A DNA stretch of 64,000 nucleotides from an uncultured bacterium (lineage in GTDB: Bacteria; Krumholzibacteriota; Krumholzibacteriia; Krumholzibacteriales; Krumholzibacteriaceae): the NCBI GenBank assembly GCA_963786935.1, contig CAWBAN010000001.1, positions 1,280,001 through 1,344,000 on the forward strand. The letters run 5' to 3'. This document shows, piece by piece, positions 48,994-58,205 of the stretch (position 1 is its first letter; every line of letters begins with the position of its first letter). The notes beneath the pieces were generated by a model, which saw only the letters and a program-made list of their open reading frames with translations, ran no database searches and had not been told where the DNA came from. Position numbers and translations under genes: made by a program.

Positions 48994-50370
48994 CTACTTG
49001 ATGAGATCGATCGCCCGGCCGTGTATCGCTTCCGCGGCTCCGGCGACGGCCTCCGAGAGCGTCGGATGCGGGAAGATCGATTCGGCGAACTGGTCCGCCG
49101 TGAGCCCGCGGTCGAGCGCCACGATGCCGGGGGCGAGCAGCTCGGTCGCGTGCGGGCCGATGATGTGGACGCCGAGGAGCTTCCCGTCCTCCTTGCGCGC
49201 GATCCATTTCACGAAACCGTCCTCCTCGCCGAGCCCCTTCGCCTTGCCGTTCGCGGCGAAGGGGAACCGGCCGGTCGCGACGTCCACGCCCTTCGCCTTC
49301 GCCTCTTCCTCGGTCATCCCGACGCGGGAGATTTCGGGAAGCGTGTAGATCGTCGACGGAATGACGTCGTATCGCATCTCGCGGGAGGCGCCGAGCGCGT
49401 TCTCGGCCGCGACGATCCCCTCGCGCGTCGCGACGTGCGCCAGCAGCGGCCCGCCGACGACGTCCCCCGCGGCGTACACCCCGGGGACGGAGGTCTCCAT
49501 CCTCGCGTTGACCTTGATGCCCCCGCGGTCCGCCTCGATCCCGGCGCCCTCCACGTTCGCGCCCGCGAAGAAGGGACGCCTGCCGACCGAAACGAGCGCC
49601 GCCTCGGCCGCGATCTCGCCGCCGCTCGAAAGGCTCGCGACGACCGAGCCGCCCTCGACCCTCGCCGCCGTCACCTTGATCCCGAGATGGAGATCGATCC
49701 CTTTCTTCCGCATGAGCATCTGAAGCGTCCTCGACACCTGGGCGTCCTCGGTCGCGACGATGCCGGGGAGCATCTCGACGATCGAGACCTTCGATCCGAA
49801 CGCGTTGAATATCGAGGCGAACTCGCACCCGATTACCCCTCCCCCGACGATGAGAAGGCTCGCCGGCACGCGGCCGAGGTCGAGGATGTCGCGGCTCGAG
49901 ATGATGCGCGTCCCGTCGAACGGCATCGGCGGGAGCGAGACCTCCGACGAGCCGGTGGCGACGATGATTTTCGGCGCCGTGACCGGGCCGACGCCCTCGA
50001 CGTCGATCCCGCCGGCGCCCGTGAGGCGCCCCGCGCCGCGCAGCACGTCGATGCGCCGGGCCTTGAGAAGCTTCTCCACGCCCGAAACGAGCTCCTTCAC
50101 GACCCGCGCCTTGTTCGCGAAGAGGCCGGCCGGATCGACCGTGACCGGTCCCCCCGCGATCCCGCGCCCCTTCCCCTCGCGGACGCGCTCGATCAGGTGC
50201 GCGGCGCCCTGCAGCGCTTTCGTCGGAATGCATCCCCAGTTGAGGCAGGTGCCGCCGAGCGATTCCTTCTCGACGAGACACACGCGGGCCCCGAGCTGCG
50301 CGGCGCGGATCGCCGCGGGATATCCGGCGGGGCCGCCGCCGAGCACGATCACGTCGTATTCCCGCGCCAC
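48994..50370 (-). CDS. lpdA: Dihydrolipoyl dehydrogenase
   Basis: GGGPAGY, GGTCLNWGCIPTK, GGGVIGCE, HPTLSE. Confidence 0.95.
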   Translation of the reverse strand: MAREYDVIVLGGGPAGYPAAIRAAQLGARVCLVEKESLGGTCLNWGCIPTKALQGAAHLIERVREGKGRGIAGGPVTVDPAGLFANKARVVKELVSGVEKLLKARRIDVLRGAGRLTGAGGIDVEGVGPVTAPKIIVATGSSEVSLPPMPFDGTRIISSRDILDLGRVPASLLIVGGGVIGCEFASIFNAFGSKVSIVEMLPGIVATEDAQVSRTLQMLMRKKGIDLHLGIKVTAARVEGGSVVASLSSGGEIAAEAALVSVGRRPFFAGANVEGAGIEADRGGIKVNARMETSVPGVYAAGDVVGGPLLAHVATREGIVAAENALGASREMRYDVIPSTIYTLPEISRVGMTEEEAKAKGVDVATGRFPFAANGKAKGLGEEDGFVKWIARKEDGKLLGVHIIGPHATELLAPGIVALDRGLTADQFAESIFPHPTLSEAVAGAAEAIHGRAIDLIK

Positions 50371-50385
50371 GCTCGATCCGCCTCC

Positions 50386-51159
50386 CTAGAAGAACCGCTC
50401 GGCCTTGCTCTTGAGGAGCTTCGCCTGCGACCGGTTGAGCCTCACCTCGGTCTTGTCCGCGTCGTCGAGGGTCATCATGAAATTCCCCCCCGACCACGGA
50501 CCGACGTCGGCGATCTTCCTGATATTGACGAGGTAATCGGCGCCGAGACGGACGAACATCGCCGGATCGACCTGCGTCTCGATCTCGTCGAGGTCGCGGA
50601 AGTTCGTGGCGAACTTCCCCTCATCCGTGTGCGCCGTCACGCGCGAGCCCTCGCGGCGCAGCATCGCGACGCGTTCGACGTCGACCGGCGCGGCCTCCTC
50701 CCCCTTCCTGACGACGATGCGGGGGAGAAAGCTCGTCCCGATGCGGATGCTTTCCGCGAGCGCTTTGAGACGCTTCGCGAATTCCTCGCGGCGCGGCGCG
50801 GCGCGGCGCGCTTTCGCGAGCGCCTCGCCGAGACGCGCGCGGTCGATCGGCTTCAGGAGGTAGTCGAGCGCGTTCACCTCGAACGCCTTGATCGCGTATT
50901 GATCGTATGCGGTCGCGAAGACGATGAGCGGTACCTCGTCCGCCTTGAGCAGCTCGCTCACGACTTGAAAGCCGTTCATCTCGGGCATCTGGATATCGAG
51001 AAACATCGCGTCGGGCCGCTTCTCGCGGGAGAGCGCCACCGCCTCGCGTCCGCCCGCGGCCTCCGCCACGATCTCGACATCCTTCTCCTGCGAGAGGAGA
51101 AACCGCATCTCGTCGCGGGCGAGCTTCTCGTCGTCGACGATGATCACTTTGAAAGACAC
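50386..51159 (-). CDS. LytTR-family response regulator
   Basis: IVDDE, FLDIQMP, FATAYDQYAIKAFE, YLLKP, C-terminal LytTR domain. Confidence 0.92.
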   Translation of the reverse strand: MSFKVIIVDDEKLARDEMRFLLSQEKDVEIVAEAAGGREAVALSREKRPDAMFLDIQMPEMNGFQVVSELLKADEVPLIVFATAYDQYAIKAFEVNALDYLLKPIDRARLGEALAKARRAAPRREEFAKRLKALAESIRIGTSFLPRIVVRKGEEAAPVDVERVAMLRREGSRVTAHTDEGKFATNFRDLDEIETQVDPAMFVRLGADYLVNIRKIADVGPWSGGNFMMTLDDADKTEVRLNRSQAKLLKSKAERFF

Positions 51160-52469
51160 GAATCCACCATCCTTGCGTCGGCCGGAATGTACAGACGCAC
51201 GATCGCGCCGCCCGCGGCCCGGGGGACGATCACGAGCCGTCCCGCGCCGCACGTGTAGATCTTGATCCGTTCGATGACGTTCCGGAGACCGAATCCGCGC
51301 GCGACGAGCTCGTCGAGAAGCCAGCCCTCGAACGGCGGGCCGTCGTTCTCGATTTCGATCTCGATCCCCTTTGCGGCGGGCTTCGCGCCGATGCGGAGCG
51401 TTCCCCCGTCGACGCGGCGCGATATCCCGTGCTTGATCGCGTTCTCGACGAGCGGCTGCAGGATCATGATCGGAACCTGCGCGTCGTCGACCGCGGGGTC
51501 GATGTCCTTGACCACCGCGAGACGCTCGTCGCCGAACCGCACCCGCTCGATGGAGAGATAATCGTCGATGAAGGCGATCTCCTCGCGCAGCGAGTGGGTG
51601 TCCGCGGAATCGTCGAGCGATTTGCGGAAGATCGAGGCGAGCCGGTGCGTCATCTCGCGTGCCTTGTCGGCGTCCGTCCGGATCAGGGCCGAGATCGAAT
51701 TGAGCGTGTTGAACAGGAAATGGGGATTGATCTGGCTCCGGAGCGTCGAGAGCCGCGCGTGAATGAGCTGGCGTTCCTCCTCGCGCAGGAGCATCTCGAG
51801 GCGCGCGTTGGAGGCCATCTTGAGCGCGATGCCGAGCGTGTACACGAGCACGGCGAGATCGAGCACGGTGAGGAAGTCGTTTTCGGGAAGATAGCCGTAG
51901 AAAAGCTTGCGGCCCTGGAACCGCCGGAGGAGCCCGTATCGGGCGAGCGCGAACACGATGCAGATGACGAACGGGATGAAATTCCGGTCGAGCCGGCGAC
52001 GCGCGAGCCGCGAAACGAAGTCATACACGAGGTAGAACGGATTGAGCGAAAAGCTCCAGATCTCCCCCCGCGCGTGCAGGAGCGCGACGAGGGCGCCGCT
52101 CACGAAACCCGCCGTCGCGTAGAACGGGAACGCCACCGGCTCGCCGAAGAGCCAGCAGACGGCGCCGACGGCCGCGCCGACTCCCGTTCCCACCCAGGCG
52201 CCGCCGAGAAAGCCCGCGAGCAGCGCCCCCTCGAGGGAGAGATCCATGGCGCCCTGGTATGTGTATTTCCGCACGACGACGCAGGCGATGAAAATGGCGG
52301 CGAGGAGCACGGTCATCCGCAGACGATCCATCACCGAGACGGGCCGTCCGAGGACGAAATTGGCGACGAACCGGAATCCGAGCACGAGGCTCGCGATGCC
52401 GGCCATGACGATCACGCGCAGAAGCAGATTGATGAGGAGCAGCTGCTCCGGCGTCAGTTTAACGGGCAT
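51144..52469 (-). CDS. LytS-like membrane sensor histidine kinase
   Basis: Multi-TM N-terminus; SQINPHFLFNTLN, LQPLVENAIKHG, GFGLRNV. Confidence 0.92.
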   Translation of the reverse strand: MPVKLTPEQLLLINLLLRVIVMAGIASLVLGFRFVANFVLGRPVSVMDRLRMTVLLAAIFIACVVVRKYTYQGAMDLSLEGALLAGFLGGAWVGTGVGAAVGAVCWLFGEPVAFPFYATAGFVSGALVALLHARGEIWSFSLNPFYLVYDFVSRLARRRLDRNFIPFVICIVFALARYGLLRRFQGRKLFYGYLPENDFLTVLDLAVLVYTLGIALKMASNARLEMLLREEERQLIHARLSTLRSQINPHFLFNTLNSISALIRTDADKAREMTHRLASIFRKSLDDSADTHSLREEIAFIDDYLSIERVRFGDERLAVVKDIDPAVDDAQVPIMILQPLVENAIKHGISRRVDGGTLRIGAKPAAKGIEIEIENDGPPFEGWLLDELVARGFGLRNVIERIKIYTCGAGRLVIVPRAAGGAIVRLYIPADARMVDSCLSK

Positions 52470-52477
52470 ATCGCTCC

Positions 52478-53059
52478 CTACAGGCGCATGGCGTTGATCC
52501 GTTTCGTGAATATCTCGAGATCCTGCATCGTGCGGAGCCCGACCTCCTTGGTGAAGATGCTCCCGTCCCGGAGCAGGATGTACGTCGTCGGGACGCGGCG
52601 CACGCCGCCGAACGCCGCGGCGACCTCGTCGCCGTTATAGACGACGGAAAACGTGGCCGGGTTCTTCTCGATGAAGCTCGCGACCGTTTCCCTGCCTTCC
52701 TTGTCGGTGAAGACGCCGAGAACGGCGAACCGGTAGCGCTGGAGCTTGGCCTGGAGCTTGTTGAGCTCGGCCGTCTGCGCCGCGCACTCCTTGTTCCACG
52801 TCGCCATGAAGGTCAGGATCACGATGTCCCCCTGATAATCGGCGAGGCGCATCACGGTCCCGTCGAGCCCCTTGAGCTCGGCGTCGGGAGCGCGCTGATA
52901 GCTCTCGATGGTGACGTTCTTCGCCGTCTCCGTCCGCGGCGCCTCCTGCTTCGGCCGCCCCTCCTTGTTCGCGCACCCCGCCGATCCGAGCGCGATCGCG
53001 AGCGCCGCCGCGATCGCGACGATCGCGCGCGCCGGCCGAACGGTCAATCCATGCGGCAT
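52478..53059 (-). CDS. TlpA/ResA-like redoxin lipoprotein with NxxC in place of CxxC
   Basis: Lipobox SAGC; LADYQGDIVILTFMATWNKEC; VPTTYIL. Confidence 0.82.
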   Translation of the reverse strand: MPHGLTVRPARAIVAIAAALAIALGSAGCANKEGRPKQEAPRTETAKNVTIESYQRAPDAELKGLDGTVMRLADYQGDIVILTFMATWNKECAAQTAELNKLQAKLQRYRFAVLGVFTDKEGRETVASFIEKNPATFSVVYNGDEVAAAFGGVRRVPTTYILLRDGSIFTKEVGLRTMQDLEIFTKRINAMRL

Positions 53060-53069
53060 GTTCTCCTCC

Positions 53070-54221
53070 TTATTTCTTCTTCACGAGTATTCCCGCGATC
53101 GTGTTCTTCTGAATCTCCTTGGTACCCTCGTAGATCTCGGTGATCTTGGCGTCCCGGTAGTACCGCTCGACCTCGTACTCGAGGATATACCCGTAGCCGC
53201 CGTGAATCTGCACGGCCTCGTCCGTCACGAGCACGGCCGTCCGTCCCGCCAGCAGCTTCGCCATCGAGGTGAGCTTCGGATCGATCTTCCCCTGATCGAA
53301 GTTCCACGCGGCCTTGTACACGAGGAGTCGCGCCGCCTCGATCGCGGTCGCCATGTCGGCGAGCTTGTGCTGCGTCGCCTGAAAATCGGCGAGGCGCTGT
53401 CCGAACTGCTGCCGCTGCTTCGAGTACTCGACCGAGCGCTCGAACGCCCCCTGCGCGATCCCGACGGCGGTGGCGGCGATCTCGGCGCGGCTCTCGTCGA
53501 AGAACTCGAGCACCTGGTAGAAGCCCCTTCCCTCCTGGCCGACGAGGTTCTCGAGCGGCACCTTCACGCCGCTGTACGAGACCTCGGCCGTCGACGTCAT
53601 CCGGATGCCCATCTTGTCCCCGACCTCCTCCGCGTCGAGCCCGGGCGTTCCCTTCGGAACGATGATGAGCGACTGCCCGCGATAGCTCGGCTGCACCGCG
53701 GCGTCGGTCTGGCAGAGCGTGATGTAGAAATCGGCGATCGTGCCGTTCGTGATGAAGGTTTTCGTGCCGTTGATGAGCCAGCCGTCCTTCTCCTTCACGG
53801 CGGACGTGTCCATCGACGTGATGTCGCTCCCGTGGTTCGGCTCGGTGAAGCAGCCCGCGGAGATCATCGCGCCCGACGCGATGGCGGGCAGCAGCTTCGC
53901 CTTCTGCTCCTTCGATCCGTGGCGCATGATGATCTCGGAGGCGAAATCGCTGAGCGCGAGCGCCGTTCCGATGCCCGAGTCCTTCCGGCAGAACTCCTCG
54001 ACGACGAGCGCGTTCTCGAACACGCCGAGCCCCTGCCCCCCGTACTCCTCGGGGAAATGGATCCCGACGAATCCGAGCTCGCACGCCTTTTTCCAGACGG
54101 ACCGCGGGAACGAGTGCTCCTTGTCGTGCTTGATCGCGAGATCCTTGTCGAACTCCCCTTCGGCGAACTCCCGCGCCGCCTGCTTGATGTCCTTCTGCTC
54201 CTTGGTCAATTCGAAATCCAT
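53070..54221 (-). CDS. Acyl-CoA dehydrogenase
   Basis: PEEYGG, FTEPNHGSD, NGTKTFITNG, RQQFG, QIHGGYGY, IYEGTKEIQ. Confidence 0.95.
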   Translation of the reverse strand: MDFELTKEQKDIKQAAREFAEGEFDKDLAIKHDKEHSFPRSVWKKACELGFVGIHFPEEYGGQGLGVFENALVVEEFCRKDSGIGTALALSDFASEIIMRHGSKEQKAKLLPAIASGAMISAGCFTEPNHGSDITSMDTSAVKEKDGWLINGTKTFITNGTIADFYITLCQTDAAVQPSYRGQSLIIVPKGTPGLDAEEVGDKMGIRMTSTAEVSYSGVKVPLENLVGQEGRGFYQVLEFFDESRAEIAATAVGIAQGAFERSVEYSKQRQQFGQRLADFQATQHKLADMATAIEAARLLVYKAAWNFDQGKIDPKLTSMAKLLAGRTAVLVTDEAVQIHGGYGYILEYEVERYYRDAKITEIYEGTKEIQKNTIAGILVKKK

Positions 54222-54234
54222 GATCTCCTCCGGT

Positions 54235-55206
54235 TCACGACGAGCCGATCTGCTCTTTCAACGCATCGATGATCTTGAACATGTCTTCGACGGCGCCGTA
54301 GTCCGCGGCCCGGAAAATGGGCGCCTTCGCGTCGCGGTTGACCGCGATGAAGACCCCCGATCCCTTGACGCCAGCGAGGTGCTGGAACGCGCCGCTGATC
54401 CCGAGCGCGAGGTACACCTTCGGCTTCACGGTGCGTCCCGACGTTCCGACCTGACGCTCCTTGCCGAGCCACTTCTTGTCGACGACGGGGCGCGAGCACG
54501 CGAGCACCGCGCCGAGCTTGTCGGCGAGCTCCTGCGCCTTCGGGATATTCTCCACGTCCTTGATTCCGCGACCGATCGAGACGAGGAAAACCGATTGGGT
54601 TATGTCGACGGCGCCCGCCGCCGCCTCCCGGTAGCCGAGGAACTCCGTCTTGAACGGTCCGGAGAGCGGGGGGCACGGATGATCCTCGATGCGGCCGGCG
54701 CTCCCTGCCTCCGCCGCGGGGGCGTAGCTCCCCGAGCGCACGGTGACGAGGTAGCCGCCCGACGGGGCGAACGACGAGCGGGAGAGAATCTTGCCGTTGT
54801 AAATGCTGCGCACGACGGACAGCCCAGCGCCGTCCATCTCGACCTTGACGCAGTCCGTCGCGCACGGACGCGCGCTCTCAACCGAGAGCTTCGGGAAGAG
54901 CTCCATGCCGAACGCGGATTGCGGACAGAGGGTCACGAGCGGCGTCTCCTTCTCGAGGACATCCTTGAGCGCGGCCGCGTGCGTTTCGTAGCGGAATTCG
55001 GCGAGCGATTCGCTCTCGACGACGATGACCCGCGGGAGGTACTTCGAGAGGGTCTCGGCGAATCCCCGCACGCCGCGTCCGACGACGACGGCGGCCGGCT
55101 CGAGCCCGGACGAGCGCTCGAGCTCGCGCGCGAGCGTGACGAGCTCGTACGTCGCGTCCCTGATCGCGCCCTGCCGGTGCTCGACGACGACGAATACCTT
55201 CGCCAT
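54235..55206 (-). CDS. etfA: Electron transfer flavoprotein alpha subunit
   Basis: SRPVVD, QVGTSG, GISGAFQHLAG, APIF. Confidence 0.95.
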   Translation of the reverse strand: MAKVFVVVEHRQGAIRDATYELVTLARELERSSGLEPAAVVVGRGVRGFAETLSKYLPRVIVVESESLAEFRYETHAAALKDVLEKETPLVTLCPQSAFGMELFPKLSVESARPCATDCVKVEMDGAGLSVVRSIYNGKILSRSSFAPSGGYLVTVRSGSYAPAAEAGSAGRIEDHPCPPLSGPFKTEFLGYREAAAGAVDITQSVFLVSIGRGIKDVENIPKAQELADKLGAVLACSRPVVDKKWLGKERQVGTSGRTVKPKVYLALGISGAFQHLAGVKGSGVFIAVNRDAKAPIFRAADYGAVEDMFKIIDALKEQIGSS

Positions 55207-55998
55207 TTACGCCACCCCCCCTCTCTCCTTCACGATCTCGAGGATTCTGCGGGCGATCTCGGCGGGAGCGCCCTTGATCATCTCGGCTTCCTTCCCCGCC
55301 GGCGGCACCGAGAGCCCCGTGCGCCTGACGAGATTCGCGTTCGCGCCGATCTCGCCCGGCGCGAGGCCGAGCGCGGCCGCGTCGAGGACGGGGATCTCCT
55401 TGGCGCGCACCTTCCGAATCCCCATGATCGACACATAGCGCGGCTCGTTGATGCCGGTCTGGATGGTGAGCACGGCGGGGAGCTCGATCCGCAGCATCTC
55501 CTCGAGGCCCCCCTCGAGCTCTCTCGTGACCTGCGCATTCTTCCCTTCGAGGGCGATCGAGGTGACGAGCGTCGCGTGCGGCCACCCGAGGTAGCCGGCG
55601 AGCGCCGGCCCCGTCATCGCGAATCCGTCGTCCCCCGCCTGCGCTCCCGCGAGAACGAGGTCGTACGAGCCCGTGCCGACGGCGGCGCGAAGCCCGCGCG
55701 CGATCCCGTACGGATCGGCGTCCTTGAAGGGAGCGTCGTCGATCAGGATCGCGTTATCCGCCCCCATGGCGAGGCAGCGCCGGAGCACGTCCTCGCTGTC
55801 GGCGGGGCCGATCGTGGCGACGGTCACCGTGCCGCCGTGCGCCTCCTTGATACGGATCGCCTCCTCGACGGCGTAGTTGTCCCATTCGTTGATGCCGGAT
55901 GCGAGGTCGTCCTCCTTGATGCCCGTGCCGTCGGGCTTGAGGACGACCTCGGCGTCGGCGGTATCGGGCACCTTCTTCACGCACACGAGAATCTCCAT
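55207..55998 (-). CDS. etfB: Electron transfer flavoprotein beta subunit
   Basis: MEILVCVKKVPD, AVEEA, LAMGAD, INEPRY; start overlaps the upstream stop. Confidence 0.95.
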   Translation of the reverse strand: MEILVCVKKVPDTADAEVVLKPDGTGIKEDDLASGINEWDNYAVEEAIRIKEAHGGTVTVATIGPADSEDVLRRCLAMGADNAILIDDAPFKDADPYGIARGLRAAVGTGSYDLVLAGAQAGDDGFAMTGPALAGYLGWPHATLVTSIALEGKNAQVTRELEGGLEEMLRIELPAVLTIQTGINEPRYVSIMGIRKVRAKEIPVLDAAALGLAPGEIGANANLVRRTGLSVPPAGKEAEMIKGAPAEIARRILEIVKERGGVA

Positions 55999-57995
55999 CA
56001 GGAGACTCCTTTCCCGGCCGGCGCCGCGCCCGGGAGGCTCTCGGCCACCAGCTCCGTGAGATCCTTCACGACGATCTTCCCCTCGAATCCCGCGGTCTTG
56101 ACCGCGTCGTCCATATTGCTGAAGCAGAAGGGGCACGCGGTGACGATCGTTCCGGCCCCCGTGCCGGCCGCCTCGCGCACGCGAATCTCCGCGATCTTCT
56201 CCCCCTCGCCCGCTTCGACCCACATTCTCCCGCCGCCGCCGCCGCAGCAGAGGCTCCGTTCGCGCGAGCGCTCCATCTCGACGAGCCTGACGCCGGGGAT
56301 CGATTTCAAAACGTTCCGCGGGGCGTCGTACACCCCGTTCCGCCGGCCGAGGAAGCACGGGTCGTGAAAGGTGACGGCGCGCTCCCCGCGGCTCTCGAGC
56401 TCGATCCCGCCCGAGGCGATGATCCGCTCGAGCGCCTGCGACACGTGCAGCACGCTGCGCTCCTTCATCGAGGGGCTCATCCGCGCGTACTCGTTCCTGA
56501 AGGTATGGAATCCGTGCGGGCACGGCGTGACGATCTCCCGTATCCCGTGCCGGTCGAACGCGTCCACGTTCCCCCCGGCGAGCTCCGTGAAGAGCCCGTC
56601 CTCGCCGACCCCCCGGATGAATTCGCTGCAGCACGTTTCGTCCTTGCCGAGAACGGCGAATCCGAATCCCGCGGCCTTGAAGATATTCACCGCGGCGCGC
56701 GGCACCGACTGGAGCCGCGAATCGTAGGCGAAGGTGCACCCGACGTAGAAGCAGCGCGACTCCTTCGCGCCCTCGGAGAGCACGGGAACGTCGAGCCCCG
56801 ACGCCCACTCCATCCGTTTCCCCTTCGCCCCCTGCCAGGGATTCTTGAACTTGTACACCGACTCGAGCATCTCCTGGATGTTGCCCGGGACGTCCTCCCC
56901 GATCTCGACGCGCGCCGTCCGCACCTCCCGTATGACGTCCAGGGGGCTGATGGCCGACGGGCACTCGTCGCGGCAGCGGCCGCACGTCGTGCAGAGCCAG
57001 ACCGAATCGTCCCTGACCGCAGTCGCCTTCGCGAGGGCGGCGTCGGCGGCGCGGCGCGGCAGCAGACCGAATCCGCTCTTCCGGCGGACGAAACACCCCG
57101 CCTCGGCGATCGCCTTCCGCGGCGAGAGCGATTCCTTCGCGATCGCGCTCGGGCATTGAACCGTGCAGCGGTTGCACTGCGTGCACGCGTCGAACATGAC
57201 GTGGTGGCGAAAACTGAAATCGCTCGTGAGCGCCTCGCGCTCCTCGAGCGAGAGGTACGAGCTGAAACGCATCCCCTCGAGGGTCACGTTGATGCTCGCG
57301 GCGAAGACGTGGATGAACTTGGAGAACGGAAAATACGCGATGAGGATCATGCTCGCCGCCGCGTGAATCCACCACCAGATGCGGTGCGCGGCGGTCGCCG
57401 CGGGCACGGAGAGCCCCGAGACGTCAGCGATCCATCGCCCCGCCGGCGACGGCTCGATCCAGGGGAGCGTCTGCGCGCGGAGCCTGAATCCCTCGACCAT
57501 GAATCCCGTCAGCGCGATGAAGAAGAGGAGCACGAGCACGACGTGGTCGCGCGGGACCGTCACCATTTTCTCGCGTTTGATCGCGTATCGCCGGAGATAG
57601 GCGAGAACGACGCCGAGCATGAGCGCGATTCCCGCGACGTCGAGCGCGAACGCGTAGACGAGATACAGGTCGCCCCTGAGGTACGGAATGATCCAGTGAT
57701 CGATCGTCGAGAGGACCGTGCCGAGAAAGAGGATGAGAAATCCCCACATGATGCACACGTGCGTCACGCCGCCGAGAAAGTCCCCCTTGAAAATGGAGGC
57801 GTTCAGGAGGATCCGCCGGACGACGAGCCATGCGTCGAATCCGCCGTCCCGCTTCTCGCGCCACCCCGCGCGCCACAACGTCCAGCGCCGGTAGAGCCCG
57901 TAGAGGCAAATGGCGGTCGCCAAGGCCGCAAGTGAATAGAAAATATAATGATAGCCGATATTCCAGAACACTTCGCGAAACGGCTGCATCGCCAC
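55998..57995 (-). CDS. Membrane Fe-S oxidoreductase (NarI-like TM domain, 2x4Fe-4S, two CCG domains; ETF:quinone oxidoreductase/FadF-like)
   Basis: TM His residues, FSKFIH, CTQCNRC..CP, CTTCGRC..CP, ETCC, FHDPC, CCGGGGG, TACPFC. Confidence 0.9.
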   Translation of the reverse strand: MAMQPFREVFWNIGYHYIFYSLAALATAICLYGLYRRWTLWRAGWREKRDGGFDAWLVVRRILLNASIFKGDFLGGVTHVCIMWGFLILFLGTVLSTIDHWIIPYLRGDLYLVYAFALDVAGIALMLGVVLAYLRRYAIKREKMVTVPRDHVVLVLLFFIALTGFMVEGFRLRAQTLPWIEPSPAGRWIADVSGLSVPAATAAHRIWWWIHAAASMILIAYFPFSKFIHVFAASINVTLEGMRFSSYLSLEEREALTSDFSFRHHVMFDACTQCNRCTVQCPSAIAKESLSPRKAIAEAGCFVRRKSGFGLLPRRAADAALAKATAVRDDSVWLCTTCGRCRDECPSAISPLDVIREVRTARVEIGEDVPGNIQEMLESVYKFKNPWQGAKGKRMEWASGLDVPVLSEGAKESRCFYVGCTFAYDSRLQSVPRAAVNIFKAAGFGFAVLGKDETCCSEFIRGVGEDGLFTELAGGNVDAFDRHGIREIVTPCPHGFHTFRNEYARMSPSMKERSVLHVSQALERIIASGGIELESRGERAVTFHDPCFLGRRNGVYDAPRNVLKSIPGVRLVEMERSRERSLCCGGGGGRMWVEAGEGEKIAEIRVREAAGTGAGTIVTACPFCFSNMDDAVKTAGFEGKIVVKDLTELVAESLPGAAPAGKGVS

Positions 57996-58205
57996 CCCCT
58001 GTTCTCGCGAACGCCTGGCATAGTATCAAAAGGGAAGCCCCGAAATCAACCACATACTTGACAGGCGGTTAGTCGGCCGTGGCCGCGGCCGCCGTTCGAG
58101 ACGCCCGGCGCCGCGCGCGAGAAAAGAACCATCAAAATCGCCTGCTCGGCAATCATTTCAAGCCATCTGGAACGGTACTTGCGAATAGACGCATTTCGGA
58201 GGAAT

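Noticed and set aside
46127..50497. Apparent 1456-aa giant protein
   Set aside because: The first 509 codons are an Arg-rich alternate frame over lpdA; the real M16 peptidase starts at 48970 with an RBS and signal peptide
52786..52800. Possible selenocysteine at the TlpA active site
   Set aside because: The codon is AAC (Asn), not TGA
55207..57375. Apparent 722-aa EtfB fusion
   Set aside because: The N-terminal extension is an off-frame read of the Fe-S oxidoreductase; EtfB starts at 55998
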